DNA of 64,000 nucleotides from Candidatus Melainabacteria bacterium 17Bon1m (GTDB lineage: Bacteria; Cyanobacteriota; Vampirovibrionia; Obscuribacterales; Obscuribacteraceae), in contig JAVLKG010000004.1 in the NCBI GenBank assembly GCA_032128875.1, forward strand, positions 384,001-448,000, read 5' to 3'. The notes beneath the pieces were generated by a model. That model did no database searches, was not told the DNA's origin, and worked only from the letters and a program-made list of their open reading frames with translations. This document shows, piece by piece, positions 9,161-19,879 of this stretch. Within the stretch, counting starts at the first letter, position 1; every line of letters begins with the position of its first letter. The translations under genes and the position numbers were made by a program.

Positions 9161-10558
9161 ATGAACATACTGTCCTACAGAGGTCCGTCCACACCAGGTG
9201 GCGTATCTGCAACTCTCTCACGCGTGATAGAACAAACTTCTGAAGGGCAGAAATGGTGGTTTTTGCATGGGACTGGTCTGCGCAAAAGATCAGGTAGACA
9301 ATCAAAAACAGAAGATGTCTGTCAAATTCCCTTCAAAATGATTGAGGGGCATTACCGATATTGTAATGAGTTTCTCTGGCCGATTCTGCATGATTTGCCG
9401 CAATATGTTCATTTTGATGAATCTGACAGGCTTATGTATATTCAGCTCAACACAAGTGTTTCCTGGAATGTTCTCCACTCATTCCTTCCTGAATCTGCAG
9501 AACGAGTATTTATCAATGACTATCAATTAGCCTTGTCTCCCAAGGCTTTCAGAGAGGCCTCTTCTTCTCGAGTCGACCTTTTCTGGCATATTCCTTGGCC
9601 TCGTCGGGTTGAAGAAAAGTACGTGCCCTATCTCGCTGAAATCGCAAATGGAGTACTTTGTGCTGACAAAGTTGGATTTCACACTGAGGAGTACACAGCT
9701 AATTTTCTCCTATTTGTCGATCGTTATTTGACTGGCTTCAAGGTCGACTTCCCGTCGAGCACCGTATCGCGATCCGACGGCAGTCGCGTTTCAGTAGTTG
9801 CGCATCCATTGGGCTTAGATTCTGATTTTTGGCTGAAGAAAATTGAGGAAGAAAGTCCCATTTGTCGAGAAATAGATTTGACTAAGATCGTCAAATTTCC
9901 TTTCGTTCTTTCTGTGGATCGGGCTGACTATACAAAGGGGGTTGTTCAAAGACTCCAGGGCATTGACCATTTTCTTTGTAGCAATCCTGAGAAGATTGGC
10001 GGAATTACTTTTATCCAGATCTGTCAGAAGAGCAGAGGTGGTTTGTCAGCATTCGATAACTACTGGCAAGAATGCAGAAATCGAGCGGAAACTATTAACC
10101 AGAGATGGAAAGTAGGAAGTTGGCAGCCGATTGTTTGGGTTGATGTTCCGATTTCTCCGAACGTTTTGGCATGGCTATACCGTCGTGCAAATTCGATGCT
10201 TGTAACGCCCGTGCGCGATGGTTTGAATCTAACTGCAAAGGAATTTTCACTATGCTCGGACGGTGGAGTTTTGATCCTCTCTTCTCAAACCGGCGCATGG
10301 ACTGAGCTTTCAGATGATGTTTTGACATTGGCGAATCTACGACCTGAGACCATCTCAGAACAGATCTACTCTGCCCTATCTTTGCCACGTAAGGTTCGCA
10401 GAGAGAAAATGTCTCGTTTGAAAAAGACAGTCTTGTCCAACTCGCTTGCTCATTGGTGGAAGAACTTCGGTGGAGAGCTGGATTCGGCAGGAAAGATTAT
10501 TCCTTTGTCGGTGAAAGTGCATCACAGTGTGAAGAAAGAAAGATGGTTTGCGCGCTAA
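9161..10558 (+). CDS. otsA: Trehalose-6-phosphate synthase family (GT20)
   Basis: LWPILH, FWHIPWP, DRADYTKG, RDGLNLTAKEF motifs. Confidence 0.85.
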   Translation: MNILSYRGPSTPGGVSATLSRVIEQTSEGQKWWFLHGTGLRKRSGRQSKTEDVCQIPFKMIEGHYRYCNEFLWPILHDLPQYVHFDESDRLMYIQLNTSVSWNVLHSFLPESAERVFINDYQLALSPKAFREASSSRVDLFWHIPWPRRVEEKYVPYLAEIANGVLCADKVGFHTEEYTANFLLFVDRYLTGFKVDFPSSTVSRSDGSRVSVVAHPLGLDSDFWLKKIEEESPICREIDLTKIVKFPFVLSVDRADYTKGVVQRLQGIDHFLCSNPEKIGGITFIQICQKSRGGLSAFDNYWQECRNRAETINQRWKVGSWQPIVWVDVPISPNVLAWLYRRANSMLVTPVRDGLNLTAKEFSLCSDGGVLILSSQTGAWTELSDDVLTLANLRPETISEQIYSALSLPRKVRREKMSRLKKTVLSNSLAHWWKNFGGELDSAGKIIPLSVKVHHSVKKERWFAR

Positions 10559-10647
10559 AGAAGTCGTGCTTTGATTTCACTCTGTTTTCGAAAATGCAGC
10601 TCGCTGGTCACACTTACAAAATAGGAGCATCCATAACCAGCACCATG

Positions 10648-11697
10648 CTATTTGATTTTGCCGATTTTTACGCCATCAAAAAATTCGGGCGGCAATTTGG
10701 AGGCTTTAAAGTTTTGCCCGCCTGCCATAAACAGGTACTGCAGCCCCGCCGAAACGCATACTATTGCTTTGGATGGCAAGCCGGCCGCATCGGCAAGAGT
10801 GTACTCTTGCGCAGATAGTCCTTGGAAATTGAAGGCTTGCTCCATCTTAGGCTTTCTGCCTTGTGCTGCAGAAGCTATCATCGAATTCATTGCTTGAGTG
10901 CGCGAATCGTCTGTGATCAATGCGGTTTTTGGCTCTAGCACGATGACAGTGTAGTTAACACCGTCCGCGGTGCCTGTCCAAGTCGAGCCTGCTTTATCCG
11001 CGTTGATTTTTTCTTTAAAGCCAGTCGGAATTTTGAAGGAGAGTCGATAGTCGGGGCGCACCACACTTGCCCAATTGTAGTTGGACTTTGGTTTGGCTGG
11101 TGCTGCTGCTGCTGGCTCCGGGGTTGCTGCGATCGTTTCGGATTTAGGAGCTTCTGTTGCGACGGGCGCAGGGTCATCACCTTTATTGAAGCTGCTAATT
11201 AGCGCTCTGAACTTTTCTTTGAAATTTGGAGGGACTTCTTGTGGAAAAATCACTTTTGCAAGTAAATGAGATCGTTGGCGTGTTGAATACGGAGCCATGG
11301 TTAAGACCGAGTAGAAACCATTCGGCTTTTCTGACGGAATTTCATTCTTATCTGCCTCTGCATATTCTCCAGGAGACAAAGTGACTGTTCCGACAATTCC
11401 ACCGTCGCCCGGGACTATTGCCGGACGATCCGGGTAAAAGCCGTTTTTCTTATGCGCCTTGTACTCAAAGGTAATCTCGCCGCGACCCTTATTTATAAGC
11501 GCTTTTGGATATGTTTCCCGAATAAGCTTTTCGACTGCACCACAGGGATCTAGTGACATCGCAGACAAGCCTTCAGCACTTTGCGTGCTTTCCGCGCTTT
11601 CCGCGCTTACAGGCGTGCAGCTTATCAGCGGAAAAACCGCCGAACACCCGATTAGTAAAGATGCAAATACCAAGCTCGAAGATTTTCTTGACAACAT
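10648..11697 (-). CDS. Secreted two-domain hypothetical protein (PsbP/DcrB-like C-terminus possible)
   Basis: Signal-like N-terminus, Pro/Ala linker. Confidence 0.7.
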   Translation of the reverse strand: MLSRKSSSLVFASLLIGCSAVFPLISCTPVSAESAESTQSAEGLSAMSLDPCGAVEKLIRETYPKALINKGRGEITFEYKAHKKNGFYPDRPAIVPGDGGIVGTVTLSPGEYAEADKNEIPSEKPNGFYSVLTMAPYSTRQRSHLLAKVIFPQEVPPNFKEKFRALISSFNKGDDPAPVATEAPKSETIAATPEPAAAAPAKPKSNYNWASVVRPDYRLSFKIPTGFKEKINADKAGSTWTGTADGVNYTVIVLEPKTALITDDSRTQAMNSMIASAAQGRKPKMEQAFNFQGLSAQEYTLADAAGLPSKAIVCVSAGLQYLFMAGGQNFKASKLPPEFFDGVKIGKIK

Positions 11698-11898
11698 GGA
11701 TCGGACTCTCCATTCCTATCGAACGATGTTTGCCACTGAACATTTTATCCTAATGGAGAGGATGCCCAAGATTGGCTGGAAAATAGCAGGCTCTAGCGGG
11801 ACCGCCAATCCGGCAACTAACTAAAGGATTGGAATCTTGAGAATAAGTCATGTTTGGCGATAAGATCATCCGAATTATTTAGGAGTTTTATTGAATTT

Positions 11899-12111
11899 AT
11901 GAGTGACGAGCCGAGCGCTGTAATTATTCAGCTGGATCAATTTCTAAAGCTGAAAGGCGTCACTCAATCCGGCGGCGAAGCCAAACACTTGATTCAGTCT
12001 GGCGAAGTCAGAGTGAACGGCGAAGTTGACACGCGCCGAAAGCGCAAATTGCGCCCTGGCGATGTTGTTGAAATTCACGATCAGAAGCTGATTGTCGACG
12101 ACAGCGTCTAA
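11899..12111 (+). CDS. S4-domain RNA-binding protein (YbcJ/YaaA family)
   Basis: IQLDQFLK...SGGEAK...VRVNGEVDTRRKRKL. Confidence 0.9.
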   Translation: MSDEPSAVIIQLDQFLKLKGVTQSGGEAKHLIQSGEVRVNGEVDTRRKRKLRPGDVVEIHDQKLIVDDSV

Positions 12112-12177
12112 TTCATTGGAACACCAAAACGATTGCATTCCAAGTTTCGAAAAAATGCTCACCAATAAGGAGACACC

Positions 12178-12576
12178 ATGGTCAGTTTGAAAGACGCAAA
12201 GGCTGTGATTGAAGCAGCGGAGAAAAAGGCAGCAGAGATCGGTCAACCGATGAATATTGCGGTTGCAGATGCAGGCGGCAACCTGGTTGCGCATGTGCGC
12301 ATGGACAATGCTTGGCTAGGCAGTATAGACATCTCGATCAAGAAAGCGTTCACATCACGCGCCTTCGACATTTCGACAAAAGACCTCGCCCAGTACACAC
12401 AGCCTGGTGCTGACTTCTACGGTTTGAACACCTCTAATAATGGCAAGATTATGATTTTTGCTGGCGGTGTTCCGCTCAAACGCGACGGCAAGATTGTTGG
12501 CGCTGTCGGCGTCAGTGGTGGCTCCGGCGAGCAAGATCACGCGGTGGCAGAAGCTGGCGCAGCAGCCTTTAAGTAA
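12178..12576 (+). CDS. GlcG/HbpS-family heme-binding protein (DUF336)
   Basis: IAVADAGG...KKAFT...GGVP...GAVGVSG...QD; AGGAG SD. Confidence 0.9.
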   Translation: MVSLKDAKAVIEAAEKKAAEIGQPMNIAVADAGGNLVAHVRMDNAWLGSIDISIKKAFTSRAFDISTKDLAQYTQPGADFYGLNTSNNGKIMIFAGGVPLKRDGKIVGAVGVSGGSGEQDHAVAEAGAAAFK

Positions 12577-12600
12577 GCTCTAAATCGCTTAAATACTGAT

Positions 12601-12636
12601 GAAAAGCCTAAGGGAAGTTCCCCCTTTAGGCTTTTT
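12601..12636. terminator. Bidirectional intrinsic terminator
   Basis: AAAAGCCTAAGGG...CCCTTTAGGCTTTTT. Confidence 0.85.
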
Positions 12637-12719
12637 CAGCATAAAATAATAGCTTGCGTAAGTTTGGACCCGCGGCGTCGGGAAACCGGCTTTGATTGCA
12701 GTTTTATTGGAGTTTTGCT

Positions 12720-14417
12720 ATGCAAATTTTCGCCCCTGTCAAGACCAGTACTACCGTCTTTGAAAAGTACGAATCGCTGATAAATGATGCGATTGACGCG
12801 GTTCACAAGCGTGAGCATTATTCTCCATTTCCTGAGATGCCGTCGCCTGCTGACTACGGTGAGGGCGCCGAGGCCGCGCAAAAGGCTGTATACGAATCTC
12901 AGCTGGGCGGCAAGTTCGAACGCTTGAGTCAGACCTCCGATTCGTGGTTGGAAAGTGATGAAGAGAGCCCATACACCGGTAAGGCTTTGAAGATCAGCTA
13001 TCCAGTCTTCTCAAACATCGAGTCCTACATCGCGGCTGCACAAAAGGCAAATGAAAAGTGGAAAGCGACGGATGCAAAGACACGCGCCGGTCTTTTGGTA
13101 GAAACGCTTCAGCAATTGAAATCTCACTTTTTCGAACTTGCTTTCGCAACAATGCACACGACGGGGCAATCATATTTGATGAGCTTCCAGGCAAGTGGTC
13201 CTCACGCCGCAGATAGAGCGTTGGAATCGATCGCGCTTGGCTATGCAGAATTGACCCGTTTTGCAGATAAGATTTCCTGGGAAAAACCAGCTGGCAAGTT
13301 CAATCTCAAACTCGAAAAATTTGGAATGAACGTTGGTCGTGGTTTGTCACTGGCTATAGGTTGCAGCACATTCCCGACTTGGAACACCCTTCCTGGTGTG
13401 TACGCGAGTTTGATCACAGGCAACCCGGTTATCGTAAAGCCGCACCCGAAAGCAATTTATCCGATCGCGATAGTAGTGTCTGTGATTCAGAATGTTTTGA
13501 AGGAGAACGGATTCGATCCCAATCTCGTAATGCTCGCTTCTGATAAAGCCGAAAATCAAATCACTAAAAAGCTTGCAGAACACGCTGAAGTCAAAATCAT
13601 TGATTTCACCGGCAGCAATTCCTTTGGCAATTACGTTGAAGGTTTGCCGGGCAAAGTTGTATTCACCGAAAAGGCTGGTGTCAACAGCATCATCATCGAT
13701 AGCATTGATGATCTTGACGCAATGGCGAAAAACATCGCATTCAGCATCAGCCTCTACAGTGGACAGATGTGCACCGCACCGCAAAACATTTATATCCCAG
13801 AATCCGGTATCGAATTGAAGGACGGGCATGCTTCATTAGAAGATGTAGAAAAGGCTATTGTTGATCAAACTAAAGGTCTGGTTGAGCACCCGAAAGCAGG
13901 TCACGCTGTCGCTGGAGCAATTCAGAGCAAAGCCACGATGGAACGTGTCGTGAAGGCGAAAGATATCGGTGGCAAGGTCTTGCTAGAAAACAAGGCGATC
14001 GCCAATCCTGAATTCCCTGAAGCTCATACACAAAGCCCAATCATCATTGAATTGGCTAACGACAAACGCAATCTGGTCAAAGGCGAAATGTTCGGACCGA
14101 TTGTCTTCATTATTCCGACGAAAGATACAAACGAAAGTTTGGAACTGGCTTCCAAAGCTGCTCGCGAACATGGCGCCATCACATGCAGTGCCTATACTCA
14201 AGATGAGTCGACACTGCAGAAGATCGCAACAACTATGGCAGATGCGGGAACTCCGGTATCGTTTAATCTAACGGGTGGTGTTTACGTCAATCAGAACTCT
14301 GGATTCTCAGACTTCCACGTAAGTGGTGGCAACCCCGCCGGTAATGCGTCTTTCACAAACCCTGAGTTTGTTGTAAAACGCTTTGTTCGCGTTCAGTCAA
14401 GGATATTTGTGAAGTAG
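12720..14417 (+). CDS. paaN: PaaN-like aldehyde dehydrogenase family protein (phenylacetate degradation)
   Basis: FQASGPHAADRALE, IGCSTFPTWN, DFTGS, EKAGVN, YSGQMCTAPQN, NPAGNASF. Confidence 0.85.
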   Translation: MQIFAPVKTSTTVFEKYESLINDAIDAVHKREHYSPFPEMPSPADYGEGAEAAQKAVYESQLGGKFERLSQTSDSWLESDEESPYTGKALKISYPVFSNIESYIAAAQKANEKWKATDAKTRAGLLVETLQQLKSHFFELAFATMHTTGQSYLMSFQASGPHAADRALESIALGYAELTRFADKISWEKPAGKFNLKLEKFGMNVGRGLSLAIGCSTFPTWNTLPGVYASLITGNPVIVKPHPKAIYPIAIVVSVIQNVLKENGFDPNLVMLASDKAENQITKKLAEHAEVKIIDFTGSNSFGNYVEGLPGKVVFTEKAGVNSIIIDSIDDLDAMAKNIAFSISLYSGQMCTAPQNIYIPESGIELKDGHASLEDVEKAIVDQTKGLVEHPKAGHAVAGAIQSKATMERVVKAKDIGGKVLLENKAIANPEFPEAHTQSPIIIELANDKRNLVKGEMFGPIVFIIPTKDTNESLELASKAAREHGAITCSAYTQDESTLQKIATTMADAGTPVSFNLTGGVYVNQNSGFSDFHVSGGNPAGNASFTNPEFVVKRFVRVQSRIFVK

Positions 14418-14507
14418 TCCAAGCTTCATTTGTTGCAACCGGTAGTGTCGCCTTTGGCACTGCCGGTTGTTTCGTATTTGAGGAAACACTCCGGTGCTGC
14501 TGGAATT

Positions 14508-14714
14508 TCAGATCTTCAGTATGAAGTACAGTTCCACGGCGCAAAGCAAGAGAGCTATTGGGGGCAGGAGCGAACTCATAAATGTGTCAAAGCTCCAAAA
14601 TTGCTGTTCACCATCATCGTTCTCCAAAAACCAAAGCCAGCCGTTCACGGCCGCCAGGTGCCACTGGCCAAAGGCGAAGGCAATAATTACCAAAAGGCAG
14701 ATGAATTCGACCAT
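14508..14714 (-). CDS. Small membrane protein
   Basis: AAGGAG SD before ATG, two hydrophobic segments. Confidence 0.5.
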   Translation of the reverse strand: MVEFICLLVIIAFAFGQWHLAAVNGWLWFLENDDGEQQFWSFDTFMSSLLPPIALLLCAVELYFILKI

Positions 14715-14722
14715 ATTGCTCC

Positions 14723-14968
14723 TTACCGTGCCCAGCCGGCGTAATTTTTGATTTCTCTGTGAGGATCATGTGTTGGGATTGTTGGCGCAACTGGATTCTT
14801 TGCGCCATACGAGAGTTCGCCCCAATATTCCGGCCCCACTTTCCTGCGATCTTTGAAAAGGAATCGATTCGCCAAGATACAGCGGATCAAAGGGATCAGT
14901 AGAGTGCCTGCAAGGGCGCACACTACAAAGGCGAGTTCGAACAAGTGAGAATGTGACATGCCGCGCAC
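14723..14968 (-). CDS. Small membrane protein
   Basis: One TM segment; stop abuts the SD of the next gene. Confidence 0.4.
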   Translation of the reverse strand: MRGMSHSHLFELAFVVCALAGTLLIPLIRCILANRFLFKDRRKVGPEYWGELSYGAKNPVAPTIPTHDPHREIKNYAGWAR

Positions 14969-15121
14969 CGGGTGATAGGTTCGAGGCGCTCGAACCTAGG
15001 AGATAGAAGTTTGGAGGGATTCCGGACTCTGAATATAATTCAAGGATTGGGAAATCTTTGGGGAGGCTAGCTTTCAACTCCCTTCCGGTGCGGAAAACCG
15101 TGGCTGTGCCCTTCGTCTTTT

Positions 15122-15184
15122 TTCCTCTTCCTCTTCCTCTTCCTCTTCCTCTTCCTCTTCCTCTTCCTCTTCCTCTTCCTCTTC
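15122..15184. repeat. (TTCCTC)x10.5 perfect microsatellite
   Basis: 63-nt pure pyrimidine hexamer repeat. Confidence 0.98.
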
Positions 15185-15208
15185 TGCAAGCACAGTTACC
15201 CTATCGAT

Positions 15209-18200
15209 TTACTTTGCGAGGGTAAGTTCTTTTGGCTCCATTGCTACTTCATCGTTATTGGAATTTGCTTGTGATGCACGCTTTGCCAATTTGACCTTCC
15301 AGTCGTCTACGTATGTGAAGACCACAGGTACAACGATGAGAGTCAAGAATGTCGATGTGATCAAGCCACCAACAACAGCAATTGCCATTGGTGCGCGAAC
15401 TTCAGAGCCAGCTCCCAATCCGAGAGCGATCGGGATCATCCCGGCAATCATCGCTACAGTCGTCATCAAAATTGGACGCATTCTGGCTTCGGCGGCGCCC
15501 ATAAGTGCTTCGTGCCTTGGTACACCCTTATGCATTGCCATTAAGCAGTATTCGACCAGCAGAATTGCGTTTTTGGTTACCAACCCCATCAACATAACGA
15601 TGCCGATTAAAGCGTACAGACCGACAGATTGGTGACCAATTATCAGCCCCAACGCGGCACCACCAACTGCCATTGGCAGTGACATCATGATGGTTAGCGG
15701 ATGAAGGAAGTCGTTGAACAACAGTACCAAAACCGCATAGATGAGAATTACGGCGGCTGCAATCGCCATTCCAAATCCGGAGAATACGTCGCGTTGGATT
15801 TCAACGTCGCCACTCACGGATTCGCGCACAGATGCAGGTAAGTTTTTGAATGTTGGCAGATCGTGGATTTTCTTCAAAGCCTCACCCAAGGTGGTACCAG
15901 TGTTCAAAGTGGCGCTGATTGTAACTTGACGATCTCTGTCGTAGCGGTCAATTTGCGCGGGGCCACTACCAAAGCGTACTTCTGCAACTTCCTTGAGCGG
16001 GATCATTTGTCCACGGAAACTAGACACTTTCAAATTGCCAATATTCTCGATGTTCTCGCGGAGCTTCGGATCGATTTGCACACGGATGTTGATTTGTCTG
16101 TCGGCAAGGTCGAATTTTGCGAGATTGAAATCAACATCACCGACTGTTGCCATGGTGGCGGTGCGAGCTATTTGTTGAACGGACACGCCATGGTCAGACG
16201 CTTTTGCGAAGTCAGGAATAACTTGAATTTCTGGACGCTTGAGGGCCGAACTGGAAGTTACATCGGAGATTCCTTCGACAGAGCGCATTTCGATTGCCAT
16301 CTGTTCCGACGTCTTCTTCAGCTGTGCGGCGTCTCTGCCGACCAGCAAAATTTGAACCTTACCGCCTAGACCCATGGTGGCAGAAATGTTTGCACGAATT
16401 CCTGGAATGGTGGCAATCTCTTTTCGCACCATATCTTCGAATTGTTGTTGCGAGATTTTTCTGTGCGAACGCTCTTTGAGAATGACATATAAATTCGATT
16501 TGTTGACGGTGCCTGCGGTGCCGGAGGATTTTACGCCAGTGTTAGATGGCGTTCCAACTGAAGCAAAGACATGTTCTACTTCCGAATGCGAAAGCAATAT
16601 TTTGGTTACTCTTTTCGATGCATCGGTAGTTGTTTGCAATGTTGCGCCTGGTGGCAGTTCGATCGCTACCAGACTTTCACCACGGTCCGCGGAATTGACT
16701 AGCGACGTCGGCAGTGATGCAAGCATTGCGACGCTAATTATGAAAATGCTTCCTGCTATTGCGAGTGTTTTTCCTCTATGCTCAAGCGCCCAGCCGAGCA
16801 GCCTTTCGAAGAAGTGTTGGACTTTTCCTTTCGGTGGGTCTTCAACGGCACCCTTGAGCCAGAAGGCTGACATCATGGGTGTGATGAGACGCGCTACAAG
16901 CAGAGAGAAGAAGACCGCTACAGCCACAGTGACGCCAAATTGTTTGAAGAACTGTCCAGGAATGCCGCCCATAAAAGCAACTGGCAAGAAAACAACAATG
17001 ATGGTCATGGTCGTTGCGACGACAGCAAGACCAATTTCATCAGCTGCTTCCAAAGCAGCTTCCAGAGGTTTTTTGCCCATTTGAATGTGTCTGACGATAT
17101 TCTCGATTTCTACGATCGCGTCGTCAACAAGGATACCGATTACGAGAGCCAGTCCAAGAAGCGACATATTATTGAGCGTAAAGCCCAGCAACTTCATTAC
17201 AGCGAAGGTCGGTATCATTGACAACGGCATCGCCAGAGCCGCGATGGTCGAGGCGCGCCAGTCTCTGAGGAATAACCAGATTACTGCGATAGCGAGCGCT
17301 GCACCAAGCAACAACGAGTCGATGGTGGCATGGTATGAATCCATGACGTAGCTCAAGTTTGATCTGATGCGCGTAATTTCGACATCAGCTGGAAGAGTCT
17401 TCTTTAATTCCTTCAAGGCTTTGTCGACATTCTCGCCTACTTCCGCCATATTGCTTCCGGTTGAGCGGACAATTGAAAATGCGACTGCCGGCCGGCCATC
17501 AAGCATCGCGACTTGCCGCGGTTCAGCAACGCCATCTGTCACTTTGCCCAAAGAATCCAGTGCCGCCCATGATCCGTTCTGAAGAGCGATTCTAGTGTTT
17601 CTCAAATCGTCGACTGAGGCGGCACTGCCCAATGTTCTAATCGATTGCTCTTGCGAACCAACAGAACCTCTACCGCCTGGCATATTGGCGTTCATTATAC
17701 GGACCTGTGTATTCACAATGTCAGCTGTTACGCCAAGAGCTTCCAGCTTCGCAGGATTGAGATCTATGTTGATCTCTCTGTCGACTCCACCTGCACGTTG
17801 AACCTGCCCGACACCTTTCACCGCCAGTAGTGCGCGCGAAATATCGTTGTCGATGAGCCAACTCAGATCTTTGACGGATAATGTTTTGGATGAAACTGTG
17901 TAAGTAGCAAATGGGCCTCCTACAAAGTCAAGGCGTTGAATCTGTGGTTCTTGAATGGCTGCAGGTAATTGAGTTCTAATTCTTGTGACTGCATCGCGAA
18001 CGTCATTCACTGCGCGGTCTGTATTGGTGCCGAGTTCGAACTCGATTCGTGTTTGCGAAACGCCTTCGTTGAGAGTACTTGAGATATGCTTGATATTGCC
18101 GATGCCGGAGACAGCATCTTCGATCCTGCGAGCAACTTGTGTTTCTAATTCGGATGGCGCAGCACCATTTTCGCTTACAGTTACAATGACTGTCGGCATG

Positions 18201-18337
18201 TCGATGTTTGGATTCTCATCGATGCCTAGATTGAAATAGCAGATAATCCCCGAGATTGAGAGAATCAGGAATAATAGGATTGATGGTATTGGTTGGCGAA
18301 TAGACCAGGCTGATACGTTCCAGTTCATTGTGTTCAC
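15209..18337 (-). CDS. RND efflux permease (AcrB/AcrD/AcrF family)
   Basis: GILVDDAIVEIENI, KNAILLVE, RMRPILMT; 1042 aa. Confidence 0.97.
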   Translation of the reverse strand: MNTMNWNVSAWSIRQPIPSILLFLILSISGIICYFNLGIDENPNIDMPTVIVTVSENGAAPSELETQVARRIEDAVSGIGNIKHISSTLNEGVSQTRIEFELGTNTDRAVNDVRDAVTRIRTQLPAAIQEPQIQRLDFVGGPFATYTVSSKTLSVKDLSWLIDNDISRALLAVKGVGQVQRAGGVDREINIDLNPAKLEALGVTADIVNTQVRIMNANMPGGRGSVGSQEQSIRTLGSAASVDDLRNTRIALQNGSWAALDSLGKVTDGVAEPRQVAMLDGRPAVAFSIVRSTGSNMAEVGENVDKALKELKKTLPADVEITRIRSNLSYVMDSYHATIDSLLLGAALAIAVIWLFLRDWRASTIAALAMPLSMIPTFAVMKLLGFTLNNMSLLGLALVIGILVDDAIVEIENIVRHIQMGKKPLEAALEAADEIGLAVVATTMTIIVVFLPVAFMGGIPGQFFKQFGVTVAVAVFFSLLVARLITPMMSAFWLKGAVEDPPKGKVQHFFERLLGWALEHRGKTLAIAGSIFIISVAMLASLPTSLVNSADRGESLVAIELPPGATLQTTTDASKRVTKILLSHSEVEHVFASVGTPSNTGVKSSGTAGTVNKSNLYVILKERSHRKISQQQFEDMVRKEIATIPGIRANISATMGLGGKVQILLVGRDAAQLKKTSEQMAIEMRSVEGISDVTSSSALKRPEIQVIPDFAKASDHGVSVQQIARTATMATVGDVDFNLAKFDLADRQINIRVQIDPKLRENIENIGNLKVSSFRGQMIPLKEVAEVRFGSGPAQIDRYDRDRQVTISATLNTGTTLGEALKKIHDLPTFKNLPASVRESVSGDVEIQRDVFSGFGMAIAAAVILIYAVLVLLFNDFLHPLTIMMSLPMAVGGAALGLIIGHQSVGLYALIGIVMLMGLVTKNAILLVEYCLMAMHKGVPRHEALMGAAEARMRPILMTTVAMIAGMIPIALGLGAGSEVRAPMAIAVVGGLITSTFLTLIVVPVVFTYVDDWKVKLAKRASQANSNNDEVAMEPKELTLAK

Positions 18338-19822
18338 CTACTGTCCAACTGCTATTGGATCTTGATCGTTTAAGAATCCGGCACCAGCGACGATGACTTG
18401 TTCGCCCGGTGTGATACCAGAGTTGACTTCAGCCAGTTCTTTAACTCGAGCACCGATGGTGACTTGCTTTTTCTTGGCGATGCCATTTTCGTTGACGAAA
18501 ACATAGTAGACGTCATTGTCAGCAAGCACTGCGCTGTTTGGCACAACCAAAGCATTACGTTGCCCTCTGGCAATTTTGCCTTTGACGAACATGCCAGTCT
18601 TAAACTGAGATTCCTTCGGAATGGAGATACGGACTGTTCCGAGCCTGGTTGAGGTATCAACCGTCGGTGAAATTTGGAACACAGCACCTTTTGCTGTTCT
18701 GATGCCATCGCTGATTTCAGCTGGTTGACCATTGCTGAGGCGCGAAATATCCTCCTGGGACACTTGAGCTTTAAGCTCGATTTCGCCACGTCTAATCATC
18801 TCGAAAAGAGTTTTTCCGCCGGTTGAAACGTCACCAATATGCGCGAAGCGTTTGGTAATCAGACCGTCATCCGGAGCACGCACGATCGTTTGTTCGATCT
18901 GTGCACGAATTTGCTGCACCGTTGCTGCGGATTCATTAGCCGTGGCTCTAGATATGGTGACATCTTCCTTGCGTCCACCTTGTCTCGCCATTTCCAAACG
19001 ATTGGCTGCTTGCTGCGCCATATACTGAGCAGCTTCTAAGTTGTCTTCAGCTGCACGTACTGTGCTGCCGGTGGTGGTGGCTTCTGTTGACTTGGTTTGC
19101 GATTCCATCTCGCTGACAGCACCTTCTTTAAGGAGATTGGCGTAACGAGTCGCGTTGTTCTGCGCAAGAATCCTCGAAGCCTTTGCTTGGTCAAGCATTG
19201 CCCTTCTGTTCTGCACATCTGCTAAAGCTTGTTTGTATGCAGCTTCGAAGGAGCCAATGTCTTCCGGACGATTTGGTTGAGTGGCTTTCAGCACGGAAGC
19301 GCCTGCTCCTTGAAGCCTAGCTTCGGCGGCTGCAAGTTGTGCTCTGAGAACGGAGGAGTCTAAAGTTGCAAGTACCTGCCCTTTTTTTACGTAGTCGCCT
19401 TCTTCGACGTTGACTTGAGTAATGACCAGACCACCTGCTGATGAACCTACCGACAATGGATCTGTGGCTGAAATAGAGCCTGTAAGTTCCAAAACGTCTG
19501 GCATCGGTGCCATTTGGGCGGGCAGAACCGTGACTGTCGCAACGGGCACAGTTTTGGCGGTTTTAGCACCCGCAGCATTTTGAGCTGATTTGCTCATGAG
19601 CACCGAGCCTGCGACTGCTGCAGAACCTATAACGATAATCGCCGAAAGTGCCGCTACGACCGCCACGGAAGAGCGTTTTCGGGGCGATTTCAATGCCGAG
19701 AAAACCCCGTAAAGCTTGCCGGGCAATTGTTTTAAGCTCTTTTTCGATTCAGGGACTGTCTCGGAAGAGTGCTCGGCTGAACTATATATAGATTGCTCGC
19801 TTTTAGGGTCTAGCGTCATCAT
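18338..19822 (-). CDS. RND periplasmic adaptor (MFP)
   Basis: VEEGDYVKKGQVLA, lipoyl halves around a coiled coil; GGAG SD before ATG 19822. Confidence 0.93.
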   Translation of the reverse strand: MMTLDPKSEQSIYSSAEHSSETVPESKKSLKQLPGKLYGVFSALKSPRKRSSVAVVAALSAIIVIGSAAVAGSVLMSKSAQNAAGAKTAKTVPVATVTVLPAQMAPMPDVLELTGSISATDPLSVGSSAGGLVITQVNVEEGDYVKKGQVLATLDSSVLRAQLAAAEARLQGAGASVLKATQPNRPEDIGSFEAAYKQALADVQNRRAMLDQAKASRILAQNNATRYANLLKEGAVSEMESQTKSTEATTTGSTVRAAEDNLEAAQYMAQQAANRLEMARQGGRKEDVTISRATANESAATVQQIRAQIEQTIVRAPDDGLITKRFAHIGDVSTGGKTLFEMIRRGEIELKAQVSQEDISRLSNGQPAEISDGIRTAKGAVFQISPTVDTSTRLGTVRISIPKESQFKTGMFVKGKIARGQRNALVVPNSAVLADNDVYYVFVNENGIAKKKQVTIGARVKELAEVNSGITPGEQVIVAGAGFLNDQDPIAVGQ

Positions 19823-19879
19823 CTTTTCTGGTCTCCGGAGCCTGTTTGGCTTTTGCAGCTTTTGGGGGTTTGTAATAGC

